Origin: a virus
Lineage: Duplodnaviria; Heunggongvirae; Uroviricota; Caudoviricetes
DNA: 52,312 bases
Reading direction: 5' to 3' (one strand)
Virus record (IMG/VR): IMGVR_UViG_3300044878_000087
Span: 258,432-310,743 of that record
Part shown: piece by piece, positions 17,691 to 27,575 of the stretch
Numbering within the stretch: position 1 is the stretch's first letter
Layout: every line of letters begins with the position of its first letter
The notes under the pieces: model-generated
The model's input: the letters and a program-made list of their open reading frames with translations, nothing else
What the model was told of the DNA's origin: nothing
Databases searched by the model: none
Program-made: the position numbers and the translations under genes

Positions 17691-18331
17691 CGTCTTTTAC
17701 CTCGTCTCCGCTTTTTGCGATCCTTCTTGACCTTGATCTTCTTGATAGGTTCAGCGGGCATCACCCTAGGGGTTATGTGTTCGGCGCAATATAAACCAAT
17801 TGCGCACGCATCGACACTGTGTTCGTCTAGTTCTTCTAGATTAACGTTCCACTTAATGCCTTTACGTTTTCTCATTGCACGACGTACATCTTCCTTGTCT
17901 GTTCCTTTAATGCGTTCCATACCGGCATTGATCTTCGCTGTCGAAGGGTCAACTTGATACAGTGGCATAAAAGGGTCGTACATATACACAGCACTACGAA
18001 CCATCGCCACACACTCTACGAGTGCGGCGAAGGCAGTAGCGAAACGTCCCAGGTAGTTAGCCTCCACAATTACCGCATGTGGCCTGTGCGTCCGTAGGAG
18101 ATCTAAGACAGCATCTCCTAGTTGCATCAAGCGGATCACGCGGTTGCCGTGAAGATCACCTAGCTCCGAATACATCGGGCAGGTATCCTTCAAATGAACT
18201 GTGAAGGATTCGTCGATCACAACTTCTGAACCATCTAGTTGGTCTAGCAGAATAGCCACACCTAAATGCGAGGAGCCAGGGTCGAGAGACAGAATCTTAA
18301 ATGGTTCCGAATTCGCTGGCATCTTAAGCAT
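17687..18331 (-). CDS. ruvC: RuvC-like Holliday junction resolvase
   Basis: ILSLDPGSSHLG, VIVE and DEHSVDACAIG catalytic motifs. Basic C-terminal tail. Confidence 0.85.
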   Translation of the reverse strand: MLKMPANSEPFKILSLDPGSSHLGVAILLDQLDGSEVVIDESFTVHLKDTCPMYSELGDLHGNRVIRLMQLGDAVLDLLRTHRPHAVIVEANYLGRFATAFAALVECVAMVRSAVYMYDPFMPLYQVDPSTAKINAGMERIKGTDKEDVRRAMRKRKGIKWNVNLEELDEHSVDACAIGLYCAEHITPRVMPAEPIKKIKVKKDRKKRRRGKRR

Positions 18332-18340
18332 AATTAAGCC

Positions 18341-19234
18341 TTAGGTGAATTCTGCGACGTTCAATGCTTGGTCACCCAACATTGGTTCAGAAGCACCAAC
18401 GTCGTAAACCATGGTCAGACCGTTCGAGTTGTAAGCGATTGGATGGTTAGTTGCAACGTGCACAGCAATCTGAGCACCGATAACTTCGTTATAGTCGAAG
18501 CTACCACCGCCACCAGCTGGACCAGGTACGAGCTTATCAACACCGGTAACAAGACCGACTTCCGAGATAACTGGCGAACGAGTCGAACCAGTACGTACAC
18601 GGTGAGCGTTCACTATCTCAGCGATGATCTCTTTTGTCCACTTAACTTCAGCAATAGCGGAAGCCGAGATGTACTTAGGAGAACCTACTACTATACCAGT
18701 GTTTGGGATAGCTGGAGGGATCGGGTTCAGGTCTTCCAGAGTAGGAACATACGGGCGGGTTACTTCAACGCCGTTGATGATCTCAACTTCCAGCAGTTGT
18801 GGAATAACAGCGGAGATGTTAATCCGGTAAGCGTAGTAAGCAAAGTAAGGTTTGCCGTTGTGAGTTTCCGGAGTACGCAGTGCATACTGTTCACGTTCGA
18901 GTTGAGTAAAGTCATCAGTAACTTCACGCAGTGCAAATGGAATGTGGTTGTACAGACCGTTGTGGTTGGTACGGTGTGGACGAACATCAGTTTCATCCGA
19001 GCCGTCATCGGCGATCACAGTGTAGTGACCTTTGTTACCGATAACCAGATAGCGGAAGTTCAGTGATTGTGCATCAGCAGGCATCACGTTGTTCTGCACG
19101 TTGAACTTCTGGTTCAGTGTGGAGTTCTTGAGCAGGGCTTGCTTTTGTGGCAACCCGAAGAATTTAAACGTTTGTAACAGAGCACCGATAGCGGTACGTG
19201 TTACGTTTACAACTTGTTGGTCCAAGATCGACAT
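18341..19234 (-). CDS. virion structural protein (phiKZ gp139-like, baseplate-associated)
   Basis: RYLVIGNKGH, HIPFALRE, ISEVGLVTGVD. Size and position in the structural operon fit. Confidence 0.65.
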   Translation of the reverse strand: MSILDQQVVNVTRTAIGALLQTFKFFGLPQKQALLKNSTLNQKFNVQNNVMPADAQSLNFRYLVIGNKGHYTVIADDGSDETDVRPHRTNHNGLYNHIPFALREVTDDFTQLEREQYALRTPETHNGKPYFAYYAYRINISAVIPQLLEVEIINGVEVTRPYVPTLEDLNPIPPAIPNTGIVVGSPKYISASAIAEVKWTKEIIAEIVNAHRVRTGSTRSPVISEVGLVTGVDKLVPGPAGGGGSFDYNEVIGAQIAVHVATNHPIAYNSNGLTMVYDVGASEPMLGDQALNVAEFT

Positions 19235-19283
19235 TACGATCTCCTTTGATTAGTACATTGTAGTATTAAGTAAAAGCGTACTT

Positions 19284-19775
19284 TTACACTAGGTCTGCTA
19301 CGGGAGCACGAGTCATCACACAAGCCCATAGTTGACCTTCCTTTGAAGGCTTGATCTCATGGATTTGAGAAAGGCAAAAGTGAATACCTTCACCTTTGTT
19401 AAGCTGTATTGCACTACCCTCAATGTAGATGGTCTGTTTATCCGTTAACGAATAAGCACAGATCTTACCGCAGATATGGGCTTTGGAAATCCAAGTCGTC
19501 ATTACATCGAGGAATCCGGTGCGGGCAGGGATATCCAAGAACCAGACTTGTTTAGCTGTCTTGGTTTGTCGCTCTGGCAGGGCTTTACGGATAAGCTCAC
19601 GCTGAGCATGAGTCCAGTTAAACCACTTAGAGTAGTTGTAGATACTAAGAGCATCGGCATTGTTCTTGCCTTGTCTCCGACGAGCACCATACGAATCGGA
19701 GAAAGACACAGTGTCCTTAAGCTCACATAATTCGGCTACTGTTGTTTCTGAAAGTGTGTGCAGACGTGTGTACAT
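19284..19775 (-). CDS. cupin/2OG-Fe(II) oxygenase-like protein (degenerate)
   Basis: Double-stranded beta-helix-like pattern (LNKGEGIHF...IHEIKP) but no HxD motif. Adjacent to a canonical oxygenase. Confidence 0.5.
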   Translation of the reverse strand: MYTRLHTLSETTVAELCELKDTVSFSDSYGARRRQGKNNADALSIYNYSKWFNWTHAQRELIRKALPERQTKTAKQVWFLDIPARTGFLDVMTTWISKAHICGKICAYSLTDKQTIYIEGSAIQLNKGEGIHFCLSQIHEIKPSKEGQLWACVMTRAPVADLV

Positions 19776-19784
19776 GTCTACTCC

Positions 19785-20291
19785 TTAAGCATACAAGAAA
19801 ATGATTACATAGCGTTTGTGTTTGACTGGTGGCACTGCATGTGGTTCTGACTTGCGGGGGAAACACATTCCTTTACCGGGAACGTCAACAAAGAACTCAT
19901 CCATTACAGTACAACCATCGCCATTGTTAGACAGTGCAACAACCATGTTGTATCGATACCGAGCCAGGTCTATGTGCTCTGGCATTCCAGTACCGATCTC
20001 ATAACGGTTAACGCAAACTTCTTCCAAGAAAGACTTGGGAATAGACGGAGCTAAGTCCCAAAGCAGTTCTCGGAGTTCCTTAGGCATCTGGTTGTGTCCC
20101 AAGAACCCATAGTCGCACTCAGACACCCCTTTAGTGGGAATGGAGTTGATCTTTGAGCGTTGGTACCAGTATGGAGCCGGAAGGGCCTCTAGGGCCCCCA
20201 CAATGGCTTCAGCCATATCAGCTGAAAACACGTCCACCGGTGATCGTTCTTGGTCCAAAGGCTTCGTGTAGACCACCTTCGTACTTAGCAT
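19785..20291 (-). CDS. 2OG-Fe(II) dioxygenase (prolyl-hydroxylase-like)
   Basis: VNRYEIGTGMPEHID (HxD) ... PHAVPPVKHKRYVIIF (distal H, 2OG-binding R). Start uncertain (20291 or 20216). Confidence 0.75.
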   Translation of the reverse strand: MLSTKVVYTKPLDQERSPVDVFSADMAEAIVGALEALPAPYWYQRSKINSIPTKGVSECDYGFLGHNQMPKELRELLWDLAPSIPKSFLEEVCVNRYEIGTGMPEHIDLARYRYNMVVALSNNGDGCTVMDEFFVDVPGKGMCFPRKSEPHAVPPVKHKRYVIIFLYA

Positions 20292-20781
20292 TTTCTTGTT
20301 CTGCAAGTTCTTCATTGCTGATGTAAATGAAGTCGGGAGAGTCACGGTAGAATTCCTTAGAGGTTGCGTTAACTTCTTTACAGAGAGCGATGTAGGACAA
20401 CATCTCTTTTAGTTCAGCAAGTTCCAATCCAACTTTATCTGCCAACAGATCGATGGCACGACCCAACACGTTAACCTGTTCTACGACAGGATACTGTTTG
20501 GTGATCTTAGCTGACATGACCGCATCGGCTTGAGATTCATAGAAAGGTTGAGGACCTTCGCTCTTATTCTTAACGATGTAGTCTGGATATTTCCCTACTA
20601 CGACATCGTTCATAAAGTCGTATTGGTCTTCAACAAATTCGATCTGATCATGGCCGCCCAAAGTTGCAGGGTCACTGTAGCTGATAGCCGCAAGGAAAAT
20701 ACCGTTTGCTTTGTTGAACATTAGAAGTGACCGAGTGCGTGTGCCACTAGTCAGATCTGAAAGGGTAGTGGTATTGTACAT
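20218..20781 (-). CDS. fibre-associated hypothetical protein (chaperone-like)
   Basis: Follows the fibre paralogs. KITKQYPVVEQVN resembles fibre-chaperone motifs. Confidence 0.6.
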   Translation of the reverse strand: MYNTTTLSDLTSGTRTRSLLMFNKANGIFLAAISYSDPATLGGHDQIEFVEDQYDFMNDVVVGKYPDYIVKNKSEGPQPFYESQADAVMSAKITKQYPVVEQVNVLGRAIDLLADKVGLELAELKEMLSYIALCKEVNATSKEFYRDSPDFIYISNEELAEQENAKYEGGLHEAFGPRTITGGRVFS

Positions 20782-20795
20782 TTGTTGTTTCCTCT

Positions 20796-22118
20796 TTAGC
20801 CCCAGATTGGAACCCAGGTGCCATTAGATTTGATGAATGCTTTAAGCAGGGTGAATGTAACGTCAGGTGTTGGGTTATTAACGTAAGTGCCGATTGCGAT
20901 CGTGTTGTTCGGCCAAGAGCCAAATACAGCATATGCCGTATTCAACAATGCCTCTGGGGATGAATAGTTGCCCAACGAGACATACCGACGCCGAGATGCG
21001 TTAAATGAAGCCAAGAGCGTAGACCAACGACGCCAGTTACTGTCACCACAAAGTGCCCAGTTCCAAGTGTCTGAACCAATGCCGGCACCATTGTTACCCA
21101 TTTGCGTATGTGGGAAACCACCGAATGTAATATCGTTAGGGTCAAGGTTTAACGTAACGTCATTACGCAACGTAGCCATAGTTCGACCGGCGTACAGCGT
21201 TGCGTTAGTAGCAACATCTGTCCACAGATATTTGTCCAGGAAAAATGTGTCGATCTCTGTCTTCGTCCAACTACCAACCATTGCGGCAGTTGTGCCGTGT
21301 GGGTTGTTATAGTTAGTAACGTGTGCCGTAAGGTCAGGCAAAGGACCAGTGTTAAGAATACGGTACATGCCGCCGATAGGCATGTAATGTGACGCATCAT
21401 CACGATCAGCTACTTGCGCTGGTGTGGCCATGGACCAGTTGTTGATATTACCTAAACCAGCTTTAACTTTGTCAGTCAAGTGTGGGTTGTTAATATCAGT
21501 CAAGTGGGCAGATACTTTTACAGCATAAGCATCAATGGCATCACGCCCTTTCTGAACGTAGTCGGCAGCGTAGTCTTTGGACACCTGAACGATAGCCTTA
21601 GATCCAGCCTTCCATGCTTCAGCAATTCGATCGACTTCTTTAACCGTTGTTTCCATACCGAACAGTTGCCAGTACTTGTGCGTGTGGTCTTCTGGAACAT
21701 AGGCCGATGGTTTACCAATGATGTCATCCCACTTGAGGTCGAAATTATCTTCCTTCAAGGCGTCCATCAATGTTTTCAACTCGGAAGCCGAAATACTGAA
21801 GTTACCACCAACTGCCTGATACTGGATCGTGAGTGGAGAAACCACTGTGTCATTTGTAATAACGATCAGGCCCATCACTTCTTTAGCTGTCAGGGTAGAC
21901 AGCTCTTCGTAATGATAAGTTGTTTTATAGTCGGCCGGTAATAGCAGTCGCCCAGTCGCATCGCGTACCACCAGGCTCTTCGAGTAGAAGGCACCGTGAT
22001 TCAATACGCAAACACGATTGGTTTTATTTGCCACCCGCATCAACGGGCGGACTTCACCTTCACGTCGGTTGACGTAGGCGGTTCCCGTTAAGTCTAACGG
22101 TAGAAATGTAAGTGCCAT
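20796..22118 (-). CDS. baseplate/tail-fibre protein, gp131-135 paralog family (gp135-like)
   Basis: LPLDLTG N-terminus and HLTDINNPH..KAGLGN repeats. TAATG coupling with the upstream gene. Confidence 0.75.
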   Translation of the reverse strand: MALTFLPLDLTGTAYVNRREGEVRPLMRVANKTNRVCVLNHGAFYSKSLVVRDATGRLLLPADYKTTYHYEELSTLTAKEVMGLIVITNDTVVSPLTIQYQAVGGNFSISASELKTLMDALKEDNFDLKWDDIIGKPSAYVPEDHTHKYWQLFGMETTVKEVDRIAEAWKAGSKAIVQVSKDYAADYVQKGRDAIDAYAVKVSAHLTDINNPHLTDKVKAGLGNINNWSMATPAQVADRDDASHYMPIGGMYRILNTGPLPDLTAHVTNYNNPHGTTAAMVGSWTKTEIDTFFLDKYLWTDVATNATLYAGRTMATLRNDVTLNLDPNDITFGGFPHTQMGNNGAGIGSDTWNWALCGDSNWRRWSTLLASFNASRRRYVSLGNYSSPEALLNTAYAVFGSWPNNTIAIGTYVNNPTPDVTFTLLKAFIKSNGTWVPIWG

Positions 22119-23491
22119 TAGACACCCCCTGCAGATGTGATCCAACCAGAGGCAGGACCTGCGTATACTAGGATCGAAGTCCAACGTGTATCAGCATTTT
22201 GAACAGCACCGTTACCGTTGTAGGATTCTTGGTGCAAGTTCCAGTGAGCGTAAAGTATCGAGCCGACTGGATACCCGATCAGCCATTGGTTAGCTGTGTT
22301 CACAATGTGACCGTAGCTGCTGAACTCACCTTGCATTACAATGACTTGGGTAGATGGAGAAACTTCCCGTGCGATAACGTCAGAGATTTTCTGCCAACCA
22401 CCATCGGGCTTCAGTACCTGTGCAGTTGGAGCAATCCCTGCAAGATATGGACGTGCCCAAACCCAGAATGGATACATACCAATCGTTAGGTTGTCAGTGT
22501 GGTTGTTCTGTTGAACAAGTGGCTGTAGACTAAACGAGTTTACCCCATAGACGAGATCGGACTTATCCATCGTAGCACCTTGATCGGTGTAGAGGTTAGC
22601 CTTCTGGTTCATCTCTGTAACAGAATACATGTTCAACTGCGCCAATGTATTCTGGTGGGGGTTAAATTGGTTTGCAATGTGCTCTTGCAAGATTGGAGTA
22701 AAGTTCGCATCCAACGATTGACCGATAGACCATGGCGTCGCATAGACATCCATCAATGTACCATTATTCAAACGTGCTTGCGTCAGTGTGGCAGTAGGTG
22801 CATTAAACACGTTCCCCAAACCGATGTTACCTTTCCAGTCTTTGTGTGGGTTAGCAGTATCGGCAATGTGCACAGTCAATCGTGCTTCCACTGCATCGAG
22901 TTCAGCTTCAATGATCTTCATCTGAGCATCAAAGTCAGTGTGTACATCGTCCAACACTTGTCCAACTTTCTTAGCGAAAGCAGTAGACATTCGTTGCAAT
23001 ACCAGAACCGTAGGTGTGAAGCCGTACAGCTCCCATAGGGCGTGCATGTGACCACCAGCAGGGAAACGATCAGGCTTACCTTTAACGTTGTTCCAGTGCA
23101 CTTTACGAGAGTTGTTTAACAAGCCCATGGCCATCTGATCGATCGCCTTACCAACTTTCTCATAGCCACCACCGACCATCTGCGCATCAACGTAAATTCG
23201 TGAGGCTACCTTTTTATTGGTGATCACGATAACGGATACAACGGTCTTAGCAGTTTTATCTGCAACGTCAGTATTGAAACCAACGAGCTGATAATCTACA
23301 GCTTCTTTCAATACATGACCAGCATCATCGATGATGTACAGATCGTTCGTATAGAAGTAACCATGATCCAAGACTACACAACGGTAGTCCAGATCATAGA
23401 GCGCAGACATGTCATGCATCTCGCTCTTTGTCCGATTACGCAGGTCGGTACCTGTCCAATCAATTGGAAACTTGTGTAGTAATGGAGTCAT
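22118..23491 (-). CDS. baseplate/tail-fibre protein, gp131-135 paralog family (gp134-like)
   Basis: FPIDWTG, AQMVGG and HIADTANPH..IGLGNV motifs. Confidence 0.75.
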   Translation of the reverse strand: MTPLLHKFPIDWTGTDLRNRTKSEMHDMSALYDLDYRCVVLDHGYFYTNDLYIIDDAGHVLKEAVDYQLVGFNTDVADKTAKTVVSVIVITNKKVASRIYVDAQMVGGGYEKVGKAIDQMAMGLLNNSRKVHWNNVKGKPDRFPAGGHMHALWELYGFTPTVLVLQRMSTAFAKKVGQVLDDVHTDFDAQMKIIEAELDAVEARLTVHIADTANPHKDWKGNIGLGNVFNAPTATLTQARLNNGTLMDVYATPWSIGQSLDANFTPILQEHIANQFNPHQNTLAQLNMYSVTEMNQKANLYTDQGATMDKSDLVYGVNSFSLQPLVQQNNHTDNLTIGMYPFWVWARPYLAGIAPTAQVLKPDGGWQKISDVIAREVSPSTQVIVMQGEFSSYGHIVNTANQWLIGYPVGSILYAHWNLHQESYNGNGAVQNADTRWTSILVYAGPASGWITSAGGV

Positions 23492-23501
23492 CTCTTTTAC
23501 C

Positions 23502-24848
23502 TTAAGCCATGACCCAACCTGATGGAGTCATAACGAATACATAGTCTTGGTTAACGTCATAGTGTTCATCACCGTTACCGTAACCTTGTTGTACTGCTAC
23601 CAGCAATCGGGCAAATACGCTACTACCAACTACCTCATATGGCCATGTTGAGCGAATAATGTTCATCGCTACGTTTGGATCATACGAGTTGACACTGATA
23701 CCATTCCACGAACCAGATTTTGTCTTTACATATTCCGCTACGATATCTGTCACACGTGACCATTTGCGATCACCACGCATTACAGTGTTTGAGGCAAGAG
23801 GACCAGAGCCCATCTTTTCTGGCTTCAAAATCCCGGAAGGGAAATAAGCAGTGGACAGATTCTTCCGTAGTTTGGCTACGTATTCATCATAGCTGTGCCA
23901 CGCATTCTGATAATAGATCGAACGGGTGTTAGCAATGGTTGTGCCTTTCTTGTGCTTGGAGTTGATGATCGTCGTAGCTTGCGCTTTGGAATGCGAGTTC
24001 ATCTGTGTGAACGAGACGTTGTGTGGGTTAGCTGGTTTTAGATCAGTGTGTGCCTTCAACGGTTTTGCCGCAAGTTCATCACTGACAGCCCAAGCTAACT
24101 TTGGTGTCATGTACAAGTTGTCAGATGCGATCAACAGTGCTTGTGCATTGGATGCTACAGGCAAGTTACGCAGCAGCCCTAAGCCTACTTTCTCAGCGTC
24201 GCTTTGGTGTGGGTTCTGTTTGTCATCAATGTGATCCTGTAGTCGACTATTAAACCGACCTAAGAACTCAGCTAATCGATCACGGATATCTTGACGCAGA
24301 TCGTTTTCGGCTGAGTCAGAACCCATCTGCATCCGACGAGAAATGTTTTCCAGTTCATTGTTGAATGGCTGGTATGTATCCAGGCCCCAACGTTTGTGTA
24401 CCAACTCACCAGGTGACCAAATCGGCTCATCACCATTATAATCGATCCAAGCTGGAACATGTCCTGGTGTAGCATTGTAGTAGTTGATGTAATCCTGAAC
24501 AACTGTAAAGCTGAAGGCTACGTCACCACCGACCATTTGTGCTGATGTATAAACCAAACCTTCGATGGCATGGTTAATGAAAACGATTGCACTACAAACT
24601 TCCTGACCCGTGCGTGCACTGAGCAATGGATGTTTGTAAGTGCAGATGTAATCTACGTTAGGTCTTAGTCGATTGAAGTTTGCATCGAAGACCTTGAATC
24701 CCTTCGTATAAAAACCACCGTGGAAGAGGGTGATGATTTTATACGGGAAACCATCAAGATCTACCAGTAGGTGTTCTTCGCTACCAATGAGGTTGTTCGG
24801 GTTTACACCAGTTAGATCAAGTGGTAACTGTACGATTGGGTTATCCAT
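23502..24848 (-). CDS. baseplate/tail-fibre protein, gp131-135 paralog family (gp133-like)
   Basis: LPLDLTG, AQMVGG and HIDDKQNPH..VGLG motifs. Confidence 0.75.
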   Translation of the reverse strand: MDNPIVQLPLDLTGVNPNNLIGSEEHLLVDLDGFPYKIITLFHGGFYTKGFKVFDANFNRLRPNVDYICTYKHPLLSARTGQEVCSAIVFINHAIEGLVYTSAQMVGGDVAFSFTVVQDYINYYNATPGHVPAWIDYNGDEPIWSPGELVHKRWGLDTYQPFNNELENISRRMQMGSDSAENDLRQDIRDRLAEFLGRFNSRLQDHIDDKQNPHQSDAEKVGLGLLRNLPVASNAQALLIASDNLYMTPKLAWAVSDELAAKPLKAHTDLKPANPHNVSFTQMNSHSKAQATTIINSKHKKGTTIANTRSIYYQNAWHSYDEYVAKLRKNLSTAYFPSGILKPEKMGSGPLASNTVMRGDRKWSRVTDIVAEYVKTKSGSWNGISVNSYDPNVAMNIIRSTWPYEVVGSSVFARLLVAVQQGYGNGDEHYDVNQDYVFVMTPSGWVMA

Positions 24849-24913
24849 GGGTTACTCCGTTTGGATAATGCTTACAAAAGAGGACACGGTTGCCCATGTC
24901 CCGTCTTGTGTGA

Positions 24914-25231
24914 TTATGGTAAGCGTGAAGCAGATGCTTTGAACGCTTCGCCGATCGGGCCGTAGATATTCTCTTCGGCGTAATCGGCTGTTCGTCTAGG
25001 CGTCATGATGGAGGTGTTGTTCACACCACCTTTGGCTTGTTTCAGTGTGGTTGGTGCGTAGTTAGGTGTTTGACCTAACCCGATTGCATCTGCTGTTTGA
25101 TTCTTCAGAGTACGAGTAGTCGATTCCAAAGCATCAAGCCGATTCTTCACCAACGTAAGGCGGTTAACCACTTCACCTGCCCACAAGGCAATGCGTTGTA
25201 GCAGTGCCGTTACTTTTGCTGTACTGATCAT
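24914..25231 (-). CDS. small fibre-family protein (gp132-like)
   Basis: TADAIGLGQTPNY...IMTPRRT repeat shared with the paralogs. ATGA overlap with the upstream gene. Confidence 0.7.
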   Translation of the reverse strand: MISTAKVTALLQRIALWAGEVVNRLTLVKNRLDALESTTRTLKNQTADAIGLGQTPNYAPTTLKQAKGGVNNTSIMTPRRTADYAEENIYGPIGEAFKASASRLP

Positions 25232-27468
25232 GGAGTTACCTCTTCGATCACTGTGCCACGGCTGCCATACACCATTGAGTTATCTGGTGAATTGCCCCAG
25301 AACTGAACTTGGTGCTTGGTGTTAACCGTGACGGTGTAGTTATAACCTGCTGCTGCTACGAGGTATGGACCAGCCTTATCGTCCACTTCACATTGTCCTT
25401 GTGAGTTATCACCGATGAACAATGTTTGACCTGTAGTGGTCAGCAGTGCGACGTGTCCGTATTGACCAGTAACAAAGCCAACGCCACTTACGTTAGCGAT
25501 TGGAACTACGGTACCATCACCTTTGTAAATAACAGGGTTAGCCACTCGTGTAACACTAGTAACGTTGTTACCAGTACGATTGATCTGATACACATAGACA
25601 TCACCACGCAGTGCGCTATTGAAGACCACGTTGGTATCGCCGACAGCTACGCCTTTAATGTGGTCAGCTGCTGATTTCCCTTTGATCTCGGTATTCAGTG
25701 CAGTGATGACAGCATTGATAGCAGTAACCCATGCTGCTTGACCACGTCCTTTAAATACGTCGTTAGCGATTTCCAATAACGAAGTCTCGCCAATGAACTG
25801 ACGTTGGCCAGAGGTAAAGATGGCAACAGGTCCTTCCGAAGATGGGGACACCAGTGTGATTGGGGTAGCGGTGCCATAGACGTACAAGTCGCCAGGGATA
25901 GCTGCACCACCAACCACAGGTGTACCACGCTTACGAACGTAAACCAGACCAGCCGAAGCCCATACTGCTTCCAATGCGTTCGCTGGGTTAAAGGAAGCAT
26001 CATCCTTCCAGCCAACTGGAGCAGCAACTGCAGCGGTGCCATATGCACGCAAGGCACCATTCGGAGCAATCACGTAGATAGCATCTTTTGCATCGGACCA
26101 ACCGTCGGCTGCTTTGCGCATGATATCCAGAGCAGGGATCTGTGGAGCATCACTTGCCTGGATTAGCCGAGACGACCACAGTGAATTACTTACACTGTAC
26201 GTACCATAGCCAGCATCAGCTGCGCCGATCTGCCAGTTTTGGAATTCTGTTTCTTTTGCAGGAGTCCAAGGGGATTCCAGAGACACCGCTTGAATCAGAG
26301 TTAAGTTCGTTTCATGTTGTACACGGATTTCATCGATAACCGATTCAGTATTATCAACACTGACGAAGCTATCTTCCCAATCACCAGGAGACTTACCACC
26401 AAAGGTAGTTGCATCGCCACCACCACTGGAAACATCCGCCAGCTTCTGATCGATCTGTGCATTCGAGTACATACCCAAAATAGCAGGTGTCAGTTGGTGG
26501 GGGTTATTGTGGTTGTTGATGTGTTGGTTGATCAGGTTTTCCAGAGCATCGATACGTGGAATGTTCGACAACTGTTGAATCAACAGAGAACCGGTGTACG
26601 GTGTCAGCAACGTAATGTTGTTGGTGATGTCCACTGCTTCTGAAGGCGTTGCCGCCGAGAAGTTAGGAACACGACCCAAGTTGATATCGGCAGCAGTCAA
26701 ACCGTGCACGTTACCACGAGCAGCGATGTGTGCGTTCAGTGGGATCAGTGCTTTCTCAGTAATCTGCAAGAACACTGCACGGGACGACATATAAACGTCA
26801 TCTCGCAAACCAGCCTTAGCCTCAGCATCTGTAGCCATGCCGTAGTTCTGTACCAGGCCCAACAGCACTTGTGCTTTTGTTACTTTGTGCGGGTTGCCGA
26901 AGTCAAGCAAGTGAGACTGTGATGCCCCCTCTGCCGATGCTTCAATAACTTCCGCCAGATCTTCCAGAGCTTTCTTGATCTCTGCAGAACCTACCAACGA
27001 ATTGATTGGTTGGCTATGTTCCAGTACAGGGAACAGCGCAGGCAATACGTCGATCTGAGCCCAACTACGAACGAGTGGGTTGAATTGTCGGTTGGACAGT
27101 TCCGCCAGAATAGCCGTATCACTGAAGCCCCATTGACCACCTACAGTCCTGTACTCTAATCGTACTTGACCCTGGATGGTTTTCTTCATGAAACGAATAG
27201 AACCATTGATAGGTCGACCGATAGAGTCCATTGCTTCAATGAAGAAGTGACCTGTTAGATAGTCTACGTTTTCTACATACAACTGACCCGTTTGGGCGTT
27301 GTACACTTTGAGTGAGTCCGTAAAGTACGGAGCAGCTTTTGGAATGATGAAGTAAAAATCATCAGGCCCAGGAACTTGCAGCGTCTGGATTTCGCCTGTG
27401 ACTAAGTTCAGGGGGTTAGTCCCTGTCAAGTCTTCAGGATAGAGACCAGTAGTACTCATGGTGGACAT
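25228..27468 (-). CDS. baseplate/tail-tip protein (phiKZ gp131-like) with C-terminal RCC1/beta-propeller-like region
   Basis: YPEDLTG N-terminus, three NPH-type repeats and GDNSQGQC...AAGYNYT at the C-terminus. AGGAGG RBS before ATG 27468. Confidence 0.75.
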   Translation of the reverse strand: MSTMSTTGLYPEDLTGTNPLNLVTGEIQTLQVPGPDDFYFIIPKAAPYFTDSLKVYNAQTGQLYVENVDYLTGHFFIEAMDSIGRPINGSIRFMKKTIQGQVRLEYRTVGGQWGFSDTAILAELSNRQFNPLVRSWAQIDVLPALFPVLEHSQPINSLVGSAEIKKALEDLAEVIEASAEGASQSHLLDFGNPHKVTKAQVLLGLVQNYGMATDAEAKAGLRDDVYMSSRAVFLQITEKALIPLNAHIAARGNVHGLTAADINLGRVPNFSAATPSEAVDITNNITLLTPYTGSLLIQQLSNIPRIDALENLINQHINNHNNPHQLTPAILGMYSNAQIDQKLADVSSGGGDATTFGGKSPGDWEDSFVSVDNTESVIDEIRVQHETNLTLIQAVSLESPWTPAKETEFQNWQIGAADAGYGTYSVSNSLWSSRLIQASDAPQIPALDIMRKAADGWSDAKDAIYVIAPNGALRAYGTAAVAAPVGWKDDASFNPANALEAVWASAGLVYVRKRGTPVVGGAAIPGDLYVYGTATPITLVSPSSEGPVAIFTSGQRQFIGETSLLEIANDVFKGRGQAAWVTAINAVITALNTEIKGKSAADHIKGVAVGDTNVVFNSALRGDVYVYQINRTGNNVTSVTRVANPVIYKGDGTVVPIANVSGVGFVTGQYGHVALLTTTGQTLFIGDNSQGQCEVDDKAGPYLVAAAGYNYTVTVNTKHQVQFWGNSPDNSMVYGSRGTVIEEVTP

Positions 27469-27575
27469 AGATCCTCCTATGTAGCGCTGGTGCGCAGTTA
27501 GTAGCTTAATGATGTGTATGCACACCAGTATTTTAAATTCACATAGGATTATTCAATCCCCACGGAGGTTCCACA

